DNA of 64,000 bases from Ramazzottius varieornatus. Lineage: Eukaryota > Animalia > Tardigrada. A program made the position numbers and the translations under genes. Shown here piece by piece: positions 11,934 through 25,230 of this stretch (within the stretch, counting starts at the first letter, position 1; the number at the start of each line of letters is the position of its first letter). The stretch is from positions 1,422,263-1,486,262 of the forward strand of contig BDGG01000001.1 in the NCBI GenBank assembly GCA_001949185.1. Direction: 5' to 3'. The notes under the pieces are model-generated. The model was not told where the DNA came from, ran no database searches, and worked only from the letters and a program-made list of their open reading frames with translations.

Positions 11934-14900
11934 TTAGAGGTCCCTTGAGTCCCCATAGAATTCAAAGTCTCGCCGGTTCTTCCGGCGCAAGTGCCTGCTC
12001 AAGGCCGTAGCCTCGCCCAGAAGTTCCGACGTTGCAGCCGGTAGTCGATTGAGGGAGAGCTCGCACCCATAGATCGCATTTGGACGCGGTGTTATTGACT
12101 GCTCTCTCCTCCATGGACATCCATCATCTATAGTAACGGACTTGTCCCGAGGTCGACGGGATTTGCTACGACTCGGTGGTCGACCAGCACTGCGACTGGC
12201 CGGCCTTCGGCGTCGAGATCCGATCTGACACAGCCCAGATGGGTCCCGGTCAACTGCATTGTCTGCGAAAGCCAATGCTCTACCTTCGTCAGTAGCTGTG
12301 TCTTCGGCTGTTAAAGTCTGCCATGATGGTTTGCGACTTCGGGACTTCCGTTTCGAAGACCGGCGTCTATTGCGGCTGGCAGTCGAACGATCTCTGGGGT
12401 TTTGCACGACGACGCTGATATTACCACCTGAAACAACGAAGCATTGTTCGACTGAACCACGGAAAGCAAAAAAACACCTTTAGGTGGAGCATAACGTAAA
12501 GTAGGAATAAACTCAAAAGAAAAGTGAGAAAGGGCGCTAAAATGATTATTATTCTGACCAAGTTGAACTGCTCCGTTGAAAGATCGACTACAGTATAAGC
12601 GGTGCACAGTAACAACATGCGCATTTACTTTTCGGATTCATCTCCGACTCAAAGGCAATGTGTAAAATTACCTGGGTTGCGTTCGACAAATCTTTGCTGC
12701 TCACACTGCTGCTCCTGGCGATTAGAGTTTTTGTCGAGCTCTTGCTGCGTATTGTGGACCACGCATTTGAGTCTGTTTATTTCCTCCTCTCGGTCTCGAA
12801 GTTGCGCGCGTAGGAATGGTGAGTCGGTGGCACGGTTCTTGAAGGCAGAAAAGGGGCGCTGCTGAGGCTGACAAGGTGGGTTCTCGGGTTGGGCCGCTGG
12901 AGCAATCTTTGCAGCGCATTCATTCCTCATTTCATAACACTGTACTTTCCGCTGGGCCTCCTCGAGTTCGCAGCGCACCAAATCCAGAGCTCTCTTAGTC
13001 TACAAACCGAAAGTACGTAAAACATTGCGTAGAATAGCCATCCTAAAAACCCAAAATACCGTACGACAAAGGACGGAAAGTAACGGGCGAACTTTCCCTC
13101 ATCTGTTTTCCATCATGCAACGAGCTAGAACTTCAACAGAGGTTCAATAAACTAACAAGGAGAAACTAGTTTTCCGTCTCGCTAGTCCACGTTGGCTGAC
13201 ACGTACCTCTGCGTATTCACGGCGGCAGTGGTCAAGTTGACGGAGCAATTCCGTTAAGTTGCCTCTATTATCCAACTGTCTTCTCTCCAGCTCAGTCTGT
13301 ATTATCTGCTGCCGCTCCAAATGTCCCTGCAACCTTTCGCACCGTTTTTGCAACCTGTCCACAGTCTCTCTCTGCATGGCAATCTCCCTCCGACAAGCCT
13401 CATGACAGTCGACCGGCTGATCCACTCCTCTCCTTCCGTCTCCATCCAAACTCGCATCAACACTACAACTATTATCCATCTGTCCACACTGTGCCACCTT
13501 CAAACACTCTTTCAGATTCTTCACGGCGGCTTTCAGTTTCTTGATCGTCTGTTCGGACTTTGCTAATCTGGCTTTGCACAAACTCAACGGATCACAACCT
13601 CCGTCCGACCACGAACACTGTTCCCCGTCGCTTTCGTACCTCTTCCTCGCACTCAAATTCGAGCACCTCATTGCCTGGATCTGTTCCCTCAGCCGTTTGT
13701 TCTCATTCTCGTAAAACGAAAGACTGTTCTCACAGGTTCTCAACCTCTGGCAAAGATCATCATTTTGGTTGGCCGCATTGTTCGCACACAGGCAGGGATG
13801 ATTAAGCGCGCCGGTTCGACAAGATCCGTCGCCTTCACCGCTCCGTTCTCCGCATTTATTCTGCACAGTCAATTTGATATCTTGCATCTGTTCACTGAGA
13901 TGTTTCAACGTTTCATTATCCATGTTGTCTCGCTGTTGTAACAGCATTCGGAGATTTTCTATCTGTCGTTTAAGCTTGCAGTGTTCCATCTGCCATTCTT
14001 CGGCTGCGTTACTGCTGGCCTCCGTTGAGCAGCTCATTGATCTGCGTGGAAGCGTTGTGGTTTTCTCTATGGTGTGTGCCTTCATGGTGCCTTGGGTGGA
14101 AGTAAGGGGTGGTTGTGGTGTGAGGCGGGCCTGGAGGTTTTCGATCTCGGAACGAAGGTTTTCACGGAGTAGTTGGGAGTCATGGAGGGAGGACTCTTGG
14201 ATTTGGTCGAGACCGTTCTTGATGGACCCGTAGACGGTTGAGATTTCTTTCTTCATGTGTCGGTTTAGCTTAGAGAGCTTGCGAGAAACGTCGCTGATTT
14301 GTTGTTCGAGCTTGTTGGTGGAGCTTTCCATTGTCGGAAGGAAGGCTGGCCCCGCCGTGCTCTAGTGAAAAAAACCATCAAATTCAGTACCAAATTTATA
14401 ACGGTCTTTCGCATGTATTGGAAAAATGTAGAAAATCGGTTGAAATTGAAGCCAAGGTTGCAACGGATGATACTGTGCTACGGTATACTCACCATCGAGA
14501 GTATGAAAAACGATGACATTTGTGCTCAATTGGTTTCTTCGAAGAAGTCAGGGTCGGACATGCCACACACTTCGTATGAAGACTTACCAAGTTCGAAGTT
14601 GCGGAAGGTACCTCTATGGTGGAAGCTGGCGCCACCATCGAGATTTCAGACGGCATCTGAGCGTGACTCGGCTGCACACTCGTGCGGCTGGTTGATTGAT
14701 GTGCTAGATCCGGTCTTCCCGCATGGAAGTCCGTGTTGCTCGTCGACTGATGGCTCTGCTCGGTCAACTGGCGCGAAAACTGGTCGACCATCTCGATCAA
14801 CGCCTGCTGAGAACCCTTCAGACTCTCCAGTCCGCTATCCCATTTCTTCGAAACCGGCAGTCTGGACGAGGCTTTATGCGAGATCTTAGCCGTACTTGCT

Positions 14901-17900
14901 GCGGATGGTACGAAAGGCAGATCACTCCTCGTCGTGGAGCTCGCTACTTTTTCCAACCTTGAAAGCCGTTTTTCAATGTCTCTCGAGTCTTTTTCGCTCA
15001 ACGGAGTCTTGGACAAAACCTTTGACAGTTTGTGCCGGCAGTTGGCGAGTTCTACCCGCATTCTAGCTTTTACTTCCTCAACACACTTCTTCACCTCGTC
15101 ATCGGGTTCTTCTCCGTACGTTGAATCACTCTCCTGTGACTGCGAGCTTCCTGACTGTTGTTCGGGCACTGGGCTCTTTGCACTGATGTTACTCATTTGG
15201 CTGTGTTGAGTGGTGATTGACTCTTGTTGCGCAATGGCTTGTTCAGTGCTCTCAACTTGCGCAAGGAGTTTCTGATAGTCGTTCTGCATGTTCCGGATTT
15301 GCGAGTCAAGACGGGACAGTTGGGCGTGGGGTACCGTGATATGGGATGGTGAAGGCCAGGTGGCGCTGCTGGGACTGTAATCGGCCTTGAACAGACCGGA
15401 AACGTTGGAAGTTAGCCTCCCCGTCGAAGGAACGAGGGCGGTGGAAGGTTGGTTGTAGTGGCTGATACGACTTAGATGGTCTTTCAGAGCAGCATTCTCG
15501 ATGGTGAGGTGGGAAAGGGCTGAAGTGGCGTCGGTGAACTGCGAACTGGGTGCTGTTTTGTTCGTGCCCCAGTCTAAAAATAAAAAGAATGAAACCAATA
15601 TGGCATTTTTCAATCTTCACACACTTCCAAATAGCAGATTTCTCGCACGTGCGAATTCGGCAGTTTTATTTGTAGTGTTATTTGCAGTAATCAAAACACC
15701 GGAAAACTGAACAGTGTAAGACGTAAAACCGGTGGAGCCAAACTAACCTGTCGCAGAAGTGCCTTGAGTGGACGTTTGTTCTACCGGTATACAGCCTTCC
15801 GACTCCTGTTGCATCGACCTGGCGCCCATATGGTTCCGCGAAGGCTGTCCTTGGACAACACTAATAGCTGACTTTTCCATACGTATCAGATGGTCCACCG
15901 GGGTTAGCTGATCTTTCGAGGCTATCTCGCCTTGATGCATGGAGGCATTCTGGTGAGACGGAAGGCGCATGAGGGATTTGTGGAGTTTCTTCAGTTCATG
16001 CTCCGATCCAGCTTTGGCTGTTGTCCAGATTGCGTTCTCCCATTCCGGTACGTTGAGGTGCTGATGGCTCTTTAGTTTGTGATGTCCTCCGTCATGTCCA
16101 TGCTTTTCAATAGACTAAAACAGGTTATGGATGGTTCAAGACAAATTAGATGGTTAATGGCTGAGATATACTGGCAGCCGACACCTCTGATCGATCGGGA
16201 GAGCAATAAAAAGATGATGCAGGCGGCTCTACTTCGAAAACTGCCGGCTGGTCCGACCGACTACATCTTGTCAATGTGTCGGCCAGAAGTATATTTGGTG
16301 GAGCCGACATCAGCAGATACAAAGTCGGTAGGCATCGGCAGCTATCTGCTGGGGGTTTGGCTCGGATCGACATGTCGGCTGGCTTTGACCAATGGCCATA
16401 TGAAAATCGGTGCCGTACCGTCATATGGGCTTCGGTATCACAGGATGACGGCCCGGTACTTGCCAACCGCAGATCTTAAGTTGTCGAAACCTTCTACATG
16501 GTATTGGAATACAGGAATTAAAACTTTGGATTTTACAAATCTGAAATCTGTACGTTTCCTCAAGCTGTAGTCGACATCCAGACATTTGATCCATCGACAG
16601 CTCGTTCTTTCTGCACAAACCATCAAAGTCCGTACTTCAACGCAACTGGTGCAGTGCATCGTATTGAACGTTGCCGGTTTTGATTTTTAGGCCTTCGAAA
16701 ATTTGTTTTGGTGTTTCCGTCTAGGCCAGAAGGTTTGTTGAACATCACCTTATTAAAGGCAGAAAACAAAATCTCAGAACGTTTTAGTGACGAGGATTCG
16801 CGGCTGGCGACCTAGAGGCTACTTCTCATTACCGCGTTTCAGTATCGGGTTGCCACAGTACACCACTACACGCCCAGCTCGTTAGCTATAACTTCCTGAT
16901 CGCGCACCTTTTCAGGATCTGTTTTGTGCATGTGATTAGCCGATTTTCATTAATCATTTCGGCTGAAGAGAAATAAACCGAAAAAGTTTTTTAAAGTGGT
17001 AAAACGACCGTGGAAATCAGAACTCTTTAAAACTAAGTAGGCGGCCTGAAGATGAGTGCTGTTGAATGATTTCGAGCTGTTTTACTAAGACTTGAGCATA
17101 TGTCCGTGGATTAGATATTTTTTGTTTGCCTAAAACCTTTTTCTAAAGAAATGGATAGAAATTTACAGTAGATTGTTATACCTGGTTAAATAAAACCCTG
17201 GTATTGTGAGCCGCAAAATCGCTGTAGCACTGCAGCTGTCTCAATCGTATAGTATAATCTGACCTGACATGACTTGGATGTTATCTCGAGATCACGGAAG
17301 TATATTCGTGTTGTCGGCTGGGAGAATCGATCGGGTCGACGCCTACGTCATCAATCCGATTGCAAGAAGTTCCCGTTCTCGAAAGACAATTTTATCGGCA
17401 GCTGCCTGCCCGTATCTGCCTGAAAAACTATCTGGCCGAATTTTTCTCGGCTGGACAAGCAGACATCAGTATGTCTCGGCCATATCACTTAACAGGCGGC
17501 TAAATCGACCAAATACATAAGACCGCAGTGACGTCAAACGAGCCGCGATGACAGACGGCGCCAAATCAACAAGGCACATTACGTACATCCTGATCGAAGT
17601 GATGTCCATGACGTCATCGCCGCCATTTGCTACCTGACGTAACGCAAACAATTTATAACTCACCGAAGTTTTATCCACATCCTTCTTCGATTTCTTTCCT
17701 TCTAAATTTCTCTTCGACGTTATACTCCGGACTTTGTTCGGCTTGTCTTCTCTCTCCAGCTCATCTTGCTCATAACCCCCTTGGACGATCCCTGTGATCA
17801 AATAACTGAGATCGTTGTCGTGCTGGCGATCATCCGGAACGGTATAGAAATGCCCGTGTGAAGACATGTGTAAGTGGTGTTTTCCATCTTCCCCTTCATG

Positions 17901-20584
17901 ATGTCGACTGGCTTTCTTTTCCACTTCTTTCTTACTCTTCTTCTTTCTTAGACTAACGTGGGAATTTACTGCCCTCGGCGCTACAAACTCCACGCTGGTA
18001 TCGTCGTGTGAATCCTGAGGATGATGGTGGATATGCGTCGAGGTAAGTCCATGTCGCTCGTCATCGTTTTCATGTGACATAAGCTTGTGAGAACTCTTCT
18101 TGCTCAGACAAGATCTGCTGTTGGATGGGTGAAGATGTCGATGGGTTGGACCGGACATAAATTGGACATGCTGGTCAGGATCGTGAGGATGGTGATAACC
18201 CAGTATACCGTGGAGAGAATTCTTTGAAGGCACAGCCCTGATCGTTTCACTGGGCACAGCCTTGACGCTAGGCACGGCCTTGACAGAGCGACTTGACGTC
18301 CGCTTCGCAGATTTAGATTTCCTTCGCTCTAACTTTTTCTCATTACGTCTATCTTCTCTCTCTTGGTCAGACAACAATGGCGGACCAGTGCACTGTTTAG
18401 CTTGTGCAGCTTTGTGGTGAGAAGGGGCAGAGTTCCCTGGCGACAATAACAAACTAGCCTGAATAATGTGCTGTTGTGCCTCTTTGGCTTGCTGGAGTAA
18501 CTCCTTCTCCTCTTCCGGAAGTAACCCCATATTCGACTCTTTCTCCTTCAATCCAAGTATCGTAGCTTCTAGCTGTCCAATCTTTGACCATAACTCACGA
18601 ATCTTCTGATCCTTCTCTAGTCCTTCCTTGTTCGCAGTCGCCAGTTGGTCCTTTAGTTTCTGGCATTCTTCTTGCAGGTGCTCGTGTTGGCCTTGTAAGA
18701 CGTTGAACGCGGCCACGTAGTTCCCGGCTATTTCTTGGTGGTGTTCACCATGGAGCCCCGTGTCGTGACCGAGGGTAGCTTGGCACGACTGGTGTTCCTT
18801 CTCGGGGTGGAAGACGCACGTGCTGTGGCCGGCGTGGACCTTATTGTGCTGCGTATCGGGGTGTCTCTTGACTTCGCAGACGTGGTTCTTGTGTGTATCA
18901 AGCGTTCGTTTGAGGTGTTCGTTCTCGGTGGTAAGGGCTTTGTTGTGATGGTGGAGAGAGTCTGCTTTGCAGTGAGGGCCACAGCGTTGCTTGTCCTCTT
19001 CGTGATCGGTGTGGCAAGCCACATCATGGCGTCGTGAATGATGGGCATGTTTGTGAGATTCTGCAGCTTCAAGTTTCTCAGAGAGATGTTTGTTTTCCCG
19101 TGCAAGCTCATCCGATTGATCAACCTGCGATACATGACGCAGTTCTTCCATAATAATCGTGGACCGAATATTTCGTAAAAGTAAATGGCTGTAACATGGT
19201 CCCTACTCCAGCGGCGGGCGTCGTTTACCTTGTGAGCGATGCAGCTGAACTGTTTTACGATGTCGTCCAAGTCGGACTTTAGTTTCTGATTTTGCTTTCG
19301 AAGGCAGTCGTATTTGCCATGTTGCTTGTCGGTCCGACATTGAAGATCCCTGCTTGGACGAGATATATCGGATTGTCAAATGATACATTACTGGTGAATC
19401 TTTCGTTGGGGGAAACGTGGAGATATGCCTACCGGTATTTTTCGAGGGATTTGCAAAGCTGGCTCTTCAGCGACAAGGTTTCTGCGCGGTACTGTTGTAC
19501 CAGTTCGGACAAAGCCTTTGTGCCCAAGCATTCCATCAGCTTACTGTTCTGGAAAACAAATCGTGTGCATATTCCCTAAATTTACTGCTGTACATGACTT
19601 AGCACAAAACTTTTAGTGTACACGTAAATTTAGGAACTGCTCAGATGTAAAGAATGATATTGGAAATAGTTTAATTACGCACTTGCTCACATTTTTCCGG
19701 GTCCAGTTTGTTTTGCAGCCGTCGCATCTGCCGGCATATCCGTATCGCTCCACAACGGATACCTTTCAAATTCGACAAAAACCTATAACGCAAACTCATT
19801 TCCATCTGGAACACACAAGCAGAAAACAGCACAATTGTGTCCACAATGACGAACTTCTTTTGGCGCTTTGCCACATTTTCGTCGAACTCCCTGTCCAATA
19901 ACAGATCTGCCTTGATCGTTTCCGTAAGTCGGTCCATTTCACGAACCAGACTTCTGCAACCAAATCCTTTACCGTAATGTTTTCGGGTTGAGCGCGTACG
20001 TCGAAGCACCCATGAGTATGACTTACTCTGTATTGAAGGTCACGTGCATCAGCTCAGGTTCACCTTCACAGACTTCCGCTTCATCCTCCATCGAACACTA
20101 AACATCAACCAGCAAACCCTCAAGCTTTTCTCTGTTGTCTTTGCGTCTCTAGATCTTGTCATAAGAAAGCGAAAACCATAAGCCTTACAGGCGCCGACGC
20201 AGGTCTCTCGGAAGATACGCATCGGGAACATCCGCCGCACATCTCGCTGCTTTCTTGGGAAGCGACGCCACTGGACAGACTTGCGCTGGTACATGGCTGC
20301 CTTCTAGTGCACGGCCGGGCTCGACTGGTCGACCTTGCTCCTCGTACCCCGCATCCGCGCGGGGATTCCACATAGAAGTTGACGTCATAACGTCCACTTA
20401 ATCGGGCACTTCGCTGGTAACTGGTTAGATCGATGTCAGAAGGAAACTTGCTGTAAGATATCACACATGTGTAAAAGCCAGAGAATAATTAGAGACGATG
20501 ATCACGAAATGTAAATAGCGGTCCAGTAAGCGGTTCCTACCTTCTGGGTGAAAGAACCTTGGCGGAAATGGAGTAATTTTCCAT
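11934..20584 (-). CDS. Large (~1870 aa) coiled-coil, His-rich, largely disordered protein of unknown function; about 13 exons
   Basis: ORF-track entries 20159, 19671, 17466, 15743, 14489, 13144, 12649 and 11934 join with matching phases: TCG|gtgagt..ttttag|TCT (DKTS/SIEKHGH), ACAG|gttagt..ttttag|AC (DWGTN), TTG|gtaagt..actag|AGC, GAG|gtacgt..tgtag|ACT, CCAG|gtaatt..ttcag|GT. Heptad-like segments and an Arg/Ser-rich C-terminus. The start codon at 20584 is tentative. Confidence 0.75.
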
Positions 20585-21264
20585 GCGAACTTGCGCGTTT
20601 GTCTGGTTTATCACGTCATTTATATATAACCAGGGAATAGCAGTGACCGATATCCACAATTACATGTAGAGAACTAAACTTCAAATGGTCCAAGACGATG
20701 TTGTAGAAAATTAAATAGCAGAAGCAAGGTACTCCTCATTTCAGATCGTCGACATGTCCAGAATTTTCACGACGTTTGGTTCTGGAATGCTTCAAGCGTG
20801 AAACCTAAGGTACAAGACAATATTAGATGTTTGCTTCATCATTCTTCCAACTTTTCTTTATTGCTTCCCGTATCGTGGTAACACCAGTAGCTTGCATTGA
20901 GACCACCGCGATGAGACGCACAGTCCATAATATATCTTGACGCAGTTTAGGTCAGAACTGTCAGGTGGCTTTACCGGTCTCCAATTTTGATATCGACACA
21001 TTCAGATGAAACAGTGTGTAAATCGCTGACCAGCCAGCTTGCTCAAGTTACATCATGTACTCAAGTCTAACAACAACAACAAAAACACGTAAGGAAATGT
21101 CAAAAGACAGAGTTTCCCAAACCCATCATATGACCGACTTCACCAGAACCGAAGTGCCGTCAGAAGTCCTTTTATCAACGCAGTAACCGATCCGTCGCAC
21201 GTAGGCAAGGTACACTTCTCTTCATAGAAAGGGTAAGTAGTCTGAAGGGTGAAAATGATCGCCT

Positions 21265-21620
21265 CGGCAAGCTCTTCTGGCTAACCTTGAGGCTTGAGTG
21301 ACAAACTTCCTCGGTACACACCGAATCTCCACATTGGGCGTAGTAAACTTGTCCCGTAGTCTTTCCACTGCCTCGACCGAGTCAGGGATGACGACTACCG
21401 TGTCGTCCTTTGCAGTTATTTTCCTGCTGCCGACAAGGATACCCATCATAATGACTTTTTCTTTTGACAGCAACGGGCGACTGGTCAGCAGGTACATCAG
21501 CGATGGGCATAGCCATGTTCTCTGGGTCACGGTAGCCGACGAAAACTCCGATGCCGGCGCGAACTGTGCCAGTCGAGCCTCGAAGCATCAGAGCACCACC
21601 CGTCTGGACGGTGTGTACTG
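21265..21620 (-). pseudogene. Degenerate RNase H (RNase HI-like) domain split by a frameshift
   Basis: VHTVQTGGA..RAGIGVFVGYRDPEN resembles vyTDGA..raGiGVf.g..dp.N; after a +1 shift in an A-run (~21455-21465) KEKVIMMGIL..VVVIPDS..VEIRCVP..ASRLARRA matches the E, TDS and ADRLA motifs. Confidence 0.6.
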
Positions 21621-22372
21621 CTGGACTCGGTGAACTTGTGTGAAGGTGGTGGTAGCGTATCAGGGCAACAGGACTCTGACTCGAGAGCAATCTCTGCATC
21701 AGTGACAAGTGTGCCATCCAGATAACTGGTGAGTGTGGCAATGACGTCGAATTACCCTGACGCTTCCCGTAACAGAGGAAACATTCATAGGCTATCTCCC
21801 AAGCAGTAAGTAAATCTGGCACCAGGTTTCGGAAACTCAATATTCTGTCCGGTCGGCGGTGCAAAAGCTTCCTATGGAAACAGACTTCCTCTATATGCTG
21901 ATAGCCTGGTAAGACGAAGAAGGATCGACCTCGAGAACATACCGTAGTATGCTGACTGCTATAGCTGTCAGCCTGTAGCATCGGACGAGTCTGCCAAAGA
22001 GAGCATGACTGTGATTCAATTTCGCAGATACGATATGTTGGGAGTAATCTGATGCTCAGAAGCGAAATCATATCGATAGCAAATATCTTCTCCCGTCTTT
22101 AATCTGTCTACCAGTGGCTATTTCGACAACTTGTTTCAATAGTGTACCATCGTCATCTGTTCGAGGCGTTTGAGAGATCCAAGCCAAGAAAACAGTCAGG
22201 TATAACCATAACGTGCGCAAACGTCTTCACGGAAAAAAATTGATATTACTGTAGTTATCTATTCACATTGTCAACGGATTGAGGTATATAACAGATGGTG
22301 CCGACAAAATGTTGACAGGGGTAAAAATGTACCCCTCCCAACATCGACTCTTACAAGCAACCGAAAAACTGC

Positions 22373-23257
22373 TCAGAAGTATCTGAAACTTGTTCCCGCA
22401 TCAAAAAGTAGCGAAGAAAGTGATCGTTTCACCGGGTTAGGCGATCGTCCACTGCTGCTGCCGCTTCCTCCGCTGCCTTTTCTTGGCAAGAGTTGGGATG
22501 CAGTTACGCTTGAAGCTGGACTGCTTTTCGGCGAATGCGTGTTCAGGATTTTCGGTGATGAGTTCGGGGTGGCTTCTGATGGTCCCTTAATGGTCAGGAA
22601 TGCGCTTCTCAGTACTTCATGGTCCTTCTTCGTTCGCTCCTGCAAATTCAGAGGGCTGCGCCGTGGGCTGGATGGTGTTGGCGTGATGGACCTCGGAAGT
22701 GTATCGATATCAGACTGTAAATTAGGTGACGCCGTGTTTCCATCTTCGTCAGGAGGAACCAGAACAATTTTGGGTGGTCGAGGGGCTGGACGTCGGCTGG
22801 TCCCTTTGGCAGTCCTCCCTGAATGTTCGCATCGTTCACCTTCTTTTACTGTTTTGCCAGAAAGGGTTTCGTGATTCGGGCGTTGAGGAGAGCTAGCCTC
22901 TAGGCTTCCGCGTCGATCTTTCCGAGACAAGCCTGGAGATGGCGTTGAATCGAACGTTGAAGCTACCCGAACTGATCCGAATTTTCTCCGTGGCGCAGGA
23001 GTAGGACGAAAGGCCTTCGCTGACTGGGGGCTGGGACTTTTGGGTATCGACTGGCCGAGGCCGTCACCCATATTCGTTGGTTCATCGTAGCCAGGTTCTT
23101 CCCAAAAAGGGTTCTTGCCCTCATCATATGAAAGGCTGTCTTCGCTGTTTCCATAAAGAGATTGGTCGGACCCAAAAGGATTCAGCTGGTCTGGGTAATC
23201 AGCAGTAGGGAAGGGTTTTGCTGCTGTCTGGTCGGTTGCGGAAGTAAGGGAACACAT
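22373..23257 (-). CDS. Pro/Ser-rich disordered protein with two NPF motifs, similar to the NPF region of MICAL-like proteins
   Basis: 294-aa ORF; YPDQLNPF and YDEGKNPFWEE motifs; PTPAPRRK and RPAPRPP Pro-rich motifs. Confidence 0.6.
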   Translation of the reverse strand: MCSLTSATDQTAAKPFPTADYPDQLNPFGSDQSLYGNSEDSLSYDEGKNPFWEEPGYDEPTNMGDGLGQSIPKSPSPQSAKAFRPTPAPRRKFGSVRVASTFDSTPSPGLSRKDRRGSLEASSPQRPNHETLSGKTVKEGERCEHSGRTAKGTSRRPAPRPPKIVLVPPDEDGNTASPNLQSDIDTLPRSITPTPSSPRRSPLNLQERTKKDHEVLRSAFLTIKGPSEATPNSSPKILNTHSPKSSPASSVTASQLLPRKGSGGSGSSSGRSPNPVKRSLSSLLFDAGTSFRYF

Positions 23258-23760
23258 CTTGGTTTACCATATACACAAGCTCTCACTTGGATCTTTCGAA
23301 TTCCGAAATGTTTCAACTTCGAAAGGAAGTAAAGAACAAATGCAATACCAAGATGTACTTGTCCTCGAGGTATGACAATTTTTTGTTGTATACGACTACC
23401 GTAACCGAATAGTTATGTTTTCAGTATTTGTGACTTCTTCTGGCATATGTCTGGCAGCTAGCCCTAGCAGTATGTACGCAGCCGCACGCCTTTCTATATC
23501 AGCAGATTACGGAGAATCGCTTCGTATCGGTAGCCTATGCGATAACATGTCTCGCTTGAACTTGGTCCGCAAATGTTTTTAATTCGAGCTATCTGAAGAT
23601 TTACGCCGGATGACATATCCGTATGCCGGACACACCGGCAATGACTTCACCTCATACGTAAGTCTTGTAATGGATGGAAAGTTTATAATCTTGCAAACCA
23701 CAAACCGTCGTCAAGGTCAGTGAATTCAATAACAACAATTATTATGAGCAACATAATACA

Positions 23761-23939
23761 CTTCCTTCAGCTGAAAAGGTCGCGGCCGAACCAAATGAAC
23801 CAATCTCACGGCCGAACCGTTTGATTACCGGACATGATTTTGACCTAATCCGCCAACACGGCAAGGTTCAATGGTAAATCCTACCAGGTACTTCACTAAC
23901 TAGTCTGGGCTGGTTCGGCCGCAGATTCGCATCTGGAAG
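23761..23939. mobile_element. Small degenerate MITE-like inverted-repeat element
   Basis: GCGGCCGAACCA near 23782 and TGGTTCGGCCGC near 23910; CTTCC/GGAAG outer ends; internal extra CGGCCGAACC. Confidence 0.4.
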
Positions 23940-25230
23940 TTTTCGTGCTTTGCAAAGCTTAGGGTGTGACTACACAATAAATGGAACACCTTAATTCCGT
24001 CTGGGCAGCTTTACCACTACGTGAGGTCCGGTCAAACAGACAAGAAATTAGTACGCACCAACATCTGGAACAACGAAGTGCTTGCCAGGTCGTGCAGGTT
24101 CAAGTGCACCTCAGTTGAAAATCCATCGGTATTGAAGTGTGAGTCGAATCTTGAATCTTGCGTCTAGAAGCAGCCAAGGTCAAACTGCCAAGCATTTACT
24201 GGTCCGGCTTTCACTTCGCGGTCAAATTCGTCTTCTTTATCCTTGGTACAATGATTAATAAGTTTTCGGCCGCAAGCACTGCCAGTACTACAGCGGCCAT
24301 TCACGGCACATCTTCCCGAGAAATGATTTGCGGCCTTCCCAGCATACTACCGGGATACTTCTTGTTCGATACCACCTAAGCGAAATTCAAACGTTGCCTT
24401 AAATATGGCTGTCATTAATAACACGTTCAGTCACGGATGCGAAAGCATAGCTGCCAGAGTACACAATAACTGTGAGAATTCTCACCAAAGCGATTTGAAC
24501 CAACTGTAGCTAACCCGAACATGGACCACCACAGCCTGTTCTGCAATCAGACGAGGAATGTACGTAAAGACCGCGGGAACAGCCATCAACTGGCATCGGC
24601 CTGCGGGACAGGGCTCACCACTTGACGAGCCACTTCGTTGATTTCTTGGAAGAAAGCCTATTTTTAATCTGTCTCCCTCCAACTCGCACCATGTTTTCAA
24701 AATGGAGAACCAGAGGACATGAAGTATGATACGATCTCTTCCTTCTTTCAGGTGCCAGAATGCGTAGCTCAATAGGTACTATCGCTGTGACCATGCATCT
24801 GATTCCTCTTGTCGCTATTCTCGCAGTATACATCCATCGTAGGCGCCAGCTGCAGTGAGCAGGATCGGTTTAACCGTTTAACTTTACTACCCGTTGCAGC
24901 GCTCGATCCTATGAAAATCAACCGCAGCAAAACGTTTTATAGGTCCACGACAAGGGAGAAAATATGGAAAATAAAGACGTACAATCTGACTCTACTCGCC
25001 GAATCTCCTTGGAAAAGCGCGATGGACTTGTAAACTGGGAAACGACGAACCGGGAAACAATCCATTGACTACTGTGCAGTTAACGCTCATCCTTCATAAT
25101 TTATCTCGGTGTAGACCTTAACTGTTCAATTCTGCACGCGAAATGCTTTAAATATGGTTTTATACAAAATAGCCTAATTAGCTCGTTGACTGTAACTGCG
25201 GGAACTCAAATGAGAAGCCTCGACACTACT

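Noticed and set aside
16079-16570. 163-aa plus-strand ORF
   Set aside because: Lies mostly within an intron of the minus-strand coiled-coil gene, is rich in GCCGAC/GTCGGC repeats and has an inverted match (GGCTGAGATATACTG vs CAGTATGTCTCGGCC near 17467); probably a decayed repeat with no protein signature.
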